64,000 bases of DNA from Eledone cirrhosa (Eukaryota). The notes beneath the pieces were generated by a model, which saw nothing but the letters and a program-made list of their open reading frames with translations, did not search any database and was not told the DNA's origin. The translations under genes were made by a program, and so were the position numbers. The stretch is from NCBI GenBank assembly GCA_964016885.1, contig OZ024746.1, forward strand, positions 47,678,001-47,742,000, in the 5' to 3' direction. Below, piece by piece: positions 60,267-64,000 of the stretch (its first letter is position 1; the number at the start of each line of letters is the position of its first letter).

Positions 60267-60470
60267 GTTGGCATATACACAATAGGAATATATATATAGA
60301 TATAGATAGGTAAATATACACGGGTGTGTATGATTGTGTATAGAAGATTATATTAATAAGAGGAATTCCAACTTTGTCTGATTTACTCGTTTTATTTACA
60401 ATCCTTTAAAATATATATAATGGTATTATAATGAAATAGTATGATAGAATATTAAATTCTAAGTGTTAAT

Positions 60471-60509
60471 TGAACAAGTACTTTCATGCTTTCGCAATCT
60501 TCAGGTTCA
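60471..60509 (-). ncRNA. Minimal type I HHR in the Neptune pLTR (identical inverse copy at 61822-61860, +)
   Basis: tgaac-CTGAAGA-t tgc gaaa gca t-GAAA-gtac-TT-gttca; palindromic stem III. Confidence 0.9.
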
Positions 60510-60886
60510 TGATATGTGGTGACAGTCGAGTTTGCAATTTTCAACTGTAATGAGATGGGTAAATTTCCTACCTTTTATACATTTTATACAGAGAAAAGTG
60601 GCTCCAGAATGCAAAGCCCTGTAAACTGTATTTCGACCAATCAGTGTGTAGTTTCACTGAATTACTACAGCTGATTGGTTTAAGCGTCACGGCTGGTTGA
60701 GCATGCTAACGACCAATAGTCATACCCAACGTATCAATTGTTTTGCTTTTTGAAATGATGAAAATAGCATTTTCTATTAATCATCACCATCAACATCACT
60801 TTTATTATTATTATTATTATTGTTGTTGTTGTTGTTGTTAGTGGTCGTGGTCATAGTGGTAGTAGAAGTAATACCCCTAGGCGTTA

Positions 60887-61440
60887 TTATTGTTCATTTA
60901 GCTTGGGTTTGAATTTATCAATAAAATTCTTTTCTTTGATTTTTCTCTTGATTTCACTTGGGCTGTGTAATTTGTAGAATGGGAATATTATAAATATTCT
61001 CTGACCACATGTTGCCAGGTGGCCGCTTAGGGGTATCTGACGGACATTTGGGTCTCTGATTTGTTGACGGTGTACCCGTGCACGTTCCGATAGTGCATTT
61101 CCAGTTTGACCGACATATAGTTCTTCACAATTCGGGCATTTAATGCAGTAAATTAGATTTCTGCTTTTGCAGTTCATATTTGCATTTGGGAATATTTTTC
61201 CAGTTTTTGTTTTCATATATTGACCGGCGTGTATGGATTGACATGTGCCGCATCGATTATCATTGCATTTAGATACAGTGAATGATTGGTCTTTGTTGTT
61301 AAGGTCAAACTTTGCTTTTGTTAGCAATTGCTTCAAATTTTTTGGCTGTCTTTTACTAAGAGTCAAAGATCGATCTGTGATTAAGCCTTTTAATTCATTA
61401 CTTTGAGCAATGATCGGTAGGTTTGCTTTGGCAGTGTTGA
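60887..61440 (-). pseudogene. PLE zinc-finger linker plus GIY-YIG endonuclease, 5' truncated
   Basis: RQPKNLKQLL..KCNDNRCGTC..NLIYCIKCPNC..YVGQT..LSERARVH..E..FI..PKLN. The Cys-rich linker is characteristic of Neptune. Confidence 0.9.
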
Positions 61441-61473
61441 ATATATTCTGGTGACACTATGACCACGACCACT

Positions 61474-61524
<51 letters not shown>

Positions 61525-61977
61525 AATAAAAGTGATGTTGATGGTGATGATTAATAGAAAATGCTATTTTCATCATTTCAAAAAGCAAAACAATTGATAC
61601 GTTGGGTATGACTATTGGTCGTTAGCATGCTCAACCAGCCGTGACGCTTAAACCAATCAGCTGTAGTAATTCAGTGAAACTACACACTGATTGGTCGAAA
61701 TACAGTTTACAGGGCTTTGCATTCTGGAGCCACTTTTCTCTGTATAAAATGTATAAAAGGTAGGAAATTTACCCATCTCATTACAGTTGAAAATTGCAAA
61801 CTCGACTGTCACCACATATCATGAACCTGAAGATTGCGAAAGCATGAAAGTACTTGTTCAATTAACACTTAGAATTTAATATTCTATCATACTATTTCAT
61901 TATAATACCATTATATATATTTTAAAGGATTGTAAATAAAACGAGTAAATCAGACAAAGTTGGAATTCCTCTTATTA

Positions 61978-62010
<33 letters not shown>

Positions 62011-62247
62011 GGGGGGGGGGGGGGCACAGCTCACACCTATGCAGGTTTAGCTGGCCTCCTCCAAGGTATATCTCGTTGGAGGTGTCTTGGGTAATTTAAT
62101 GATAGGGACCCCCAGTCCTATCATCTCATTTCTACAGCTGAGTAAACTGGACCAACGTGAAAGGAAACAACACATCACCCGGTCCGAGAATTGAACTCAC
62201 AACCTTCCGATTGCAAGCCCAATGCTCCGATCACTTAGCCATGCGCC

Positions 62248-62330
<83 letters not shown>

Positions 62331-62460
62331 TTATATATATATATTTAAAAAAATAGAGGTGTAACACACGAGTTGTGATATATTAGTAAAAAGGAAAAGA
62401 AAATGCTGACAAAATTTTCACTGGGAATAATTTTTCAGCATTTTCTTTTCCTTTTTACTA

Positions 62461-62496
<36 letters not shown>

Positions 62497-62844
62497 CTGT
62501 CTCTCTATTAATCAAGCCATCTATTTGTCTGTCAGTGTATCTATTAGGCAAACTGTTAGATAAAGAGCTAGCTAACTAGCTAGATAGATAGACAAATGCA
62601 ACAAACATACTTTATTTTAAATCTTTATTGAGATAACGTTCAATTCTTTTATTTATTTACATAATTACTAATATGGAATGAAAAATTAAAGAAAACTGAA
62701 TAACAACCACTTTCACATAGAAATAGAATATATATTTAGATTTGTATTTAAACATACAAATCTAAATATATATCAGAATACAAATCAGAGCACTTTGGCA
62801 TGGTTTTCTTATTTTATCATTAAGAAAAAGTAAAATATATATAT

Positions 62845-63075
62845 ATATAAAGAAAAAAAGATGAAATCGAAAATGCAACTGGAGTCTTATTTTTAGAAAA
62901 ATATATATATTTATTTGGTTCCTTTACCGGTTTCGCAGTTTTTTCTGCTTAATAAATATATATATTTTTCTAAAAATAAGACTCTAGTTGCATTTTCGAT
63001 TTCATCTTTTTTTCTTTATACTTTTACTCGTGTAGGACACCTCGGTTATTTTTCATTTTGTAAAAAAAAACCTCA
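62845..63075. mobile_element. Fold-back element with an HHR 3' half
   Basis: Arms 62845-62915 / 62951-63020; the spacer on minus reads gcag aaaaaa ctgc-GAAA-ccgg-TA-aagg. Confidence 0.65.
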
Positions 63076-63132
63076 CTTTCTAATATACATATATATATAT
63101 ATATACATACTCAAATTTATATATATATATAT

Positions 63133-63713
63133 ATAAAATATTAAAAAAATAATGAATAAAACAATGAAACAGTTCCTTATATTAAACAAAAAAAGTTCAT
63201 TATTTAACGATCGTTTCTAGGACATATATGTGTTAGAATTGGTATGCATATTCAACAGATCTATGTACAAAATTATACAAAATTATACAAATTATCAAAT
63301 ATAATATACATACCAACACATACATATGCCGTCTTCAGAAATAATAATATTATTCAGAAATAATAATATTATTTCTGAAGACGGCATATGTATGTGTTGG
63401 TATGTATATTATATTTGATAATTTGTATAATTTTGTATAATTTTGTACATAGATCTGTTGAATATGCATACCAATTCTAACACATATATGTCCTAGAAAC
63501 GATCGTTAAATAATGAACTTTTTTTGTTTAATATAAGGAACTGTTTCATTGTTTTATTCATTATTTTTTTAATATTTTATCTTGACTCTGTATTCCGTTT
63601 ATCTTTCACCGAAAGTGATTTTTGAATGCATCTCTTCTTTCCATGATATCCGGATTACATTGAGTTCTTCATACGGATTGGACACTACCGTAAACTCTTG
63701 GTAGATTTATCTA
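63133..63713. mobile_element. Fold-back HHR element with a 114-nt stem II region, HHR on each strand
   Basis: Arms 63133-63345 / 63368-63580; attattt-CTGAAGA..GAAA-cgatcg-TT-aaataat. Confidence 0.85.
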
Positions 63714-64000
63714 CATATATATATATATATAAGTTTGAGTATGTGTTGGTTGGTATATGTATATATATATATATATATATAGACAGACAGTCACACACAC
63801 ACATATTTATATATATATAGAAAAATTTCATTATAGCGAAATTCACGGGGTATAAAAAAATCGCTGTAACGAAAAATTCGTTATTACGAGATCGACCGAA
63901 ACAAATCGAGCGTTTGTTTATTATTAGCTCGTATTTAAAAATTAAACAATAAATGAATGAAAACATATTTCTTCTTCTTGCCGATAAAACTCAGTACTGG

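Larger units (their letters stand above)
58085..61983 (-). mobile_element. Neptune-type Penelope-like element: partial tandem, internally deleted, with inverted 5' pLTR
   Basis: Order on minus strand: EN fragment, 3' UTR, HHR, tail, ORF1, RT N-terminus, tail repeat (58095-58228 = 60293-60425). 61455-61983 is the inverse of 60348-60858. Confidence 0.88.

Noticed and set aside
62379-62464. Short AT-rich hairpins here and at 62727-62773 and 27433-27477
   Set aside because: Probably minimal fold-back insertions of the same kind, but no ribozyme or family link is visible, so they are not called separately.

Overview
AT-rich eukaryotic, almost entirely repetitive DNA; the SINE types and microsatellite load suggest a coleoid cephalopod such as octopus (inference). 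No host gene exon could be supported. Much of the window is (TA)n, (TATG)n, (CA)n and (GA)n microsatellite, which accounts for most ORFs in the track. Between the microsatellites lie tRNA-derived SINEs, RTE, Tx1/L1 and R4-type LINE remnants, a deleted Helitron, a Tc2-like MITE and several Penelope-like element (PLE) fragments (RT and GIY-YIG). The main signal, read by eye, is a dense set of type I hammerhead ribozyme (HHR) motifs: roughly 35 complete or partial copies in about 13 sequence families. They sit in PLE 3' ends and in non-coding tandem monomers of 422, 488 and 524 bp (retrozyme-like). Most are inserted in (TA)n and share one architecture, an inverted 5' arm followed by the sense copy. 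A Neptune-type PLE has two overlapping ORFs joined by an in-frame U_UUU_UUA -1 slippery site. All folds were derived by hand and none was computed or tested.
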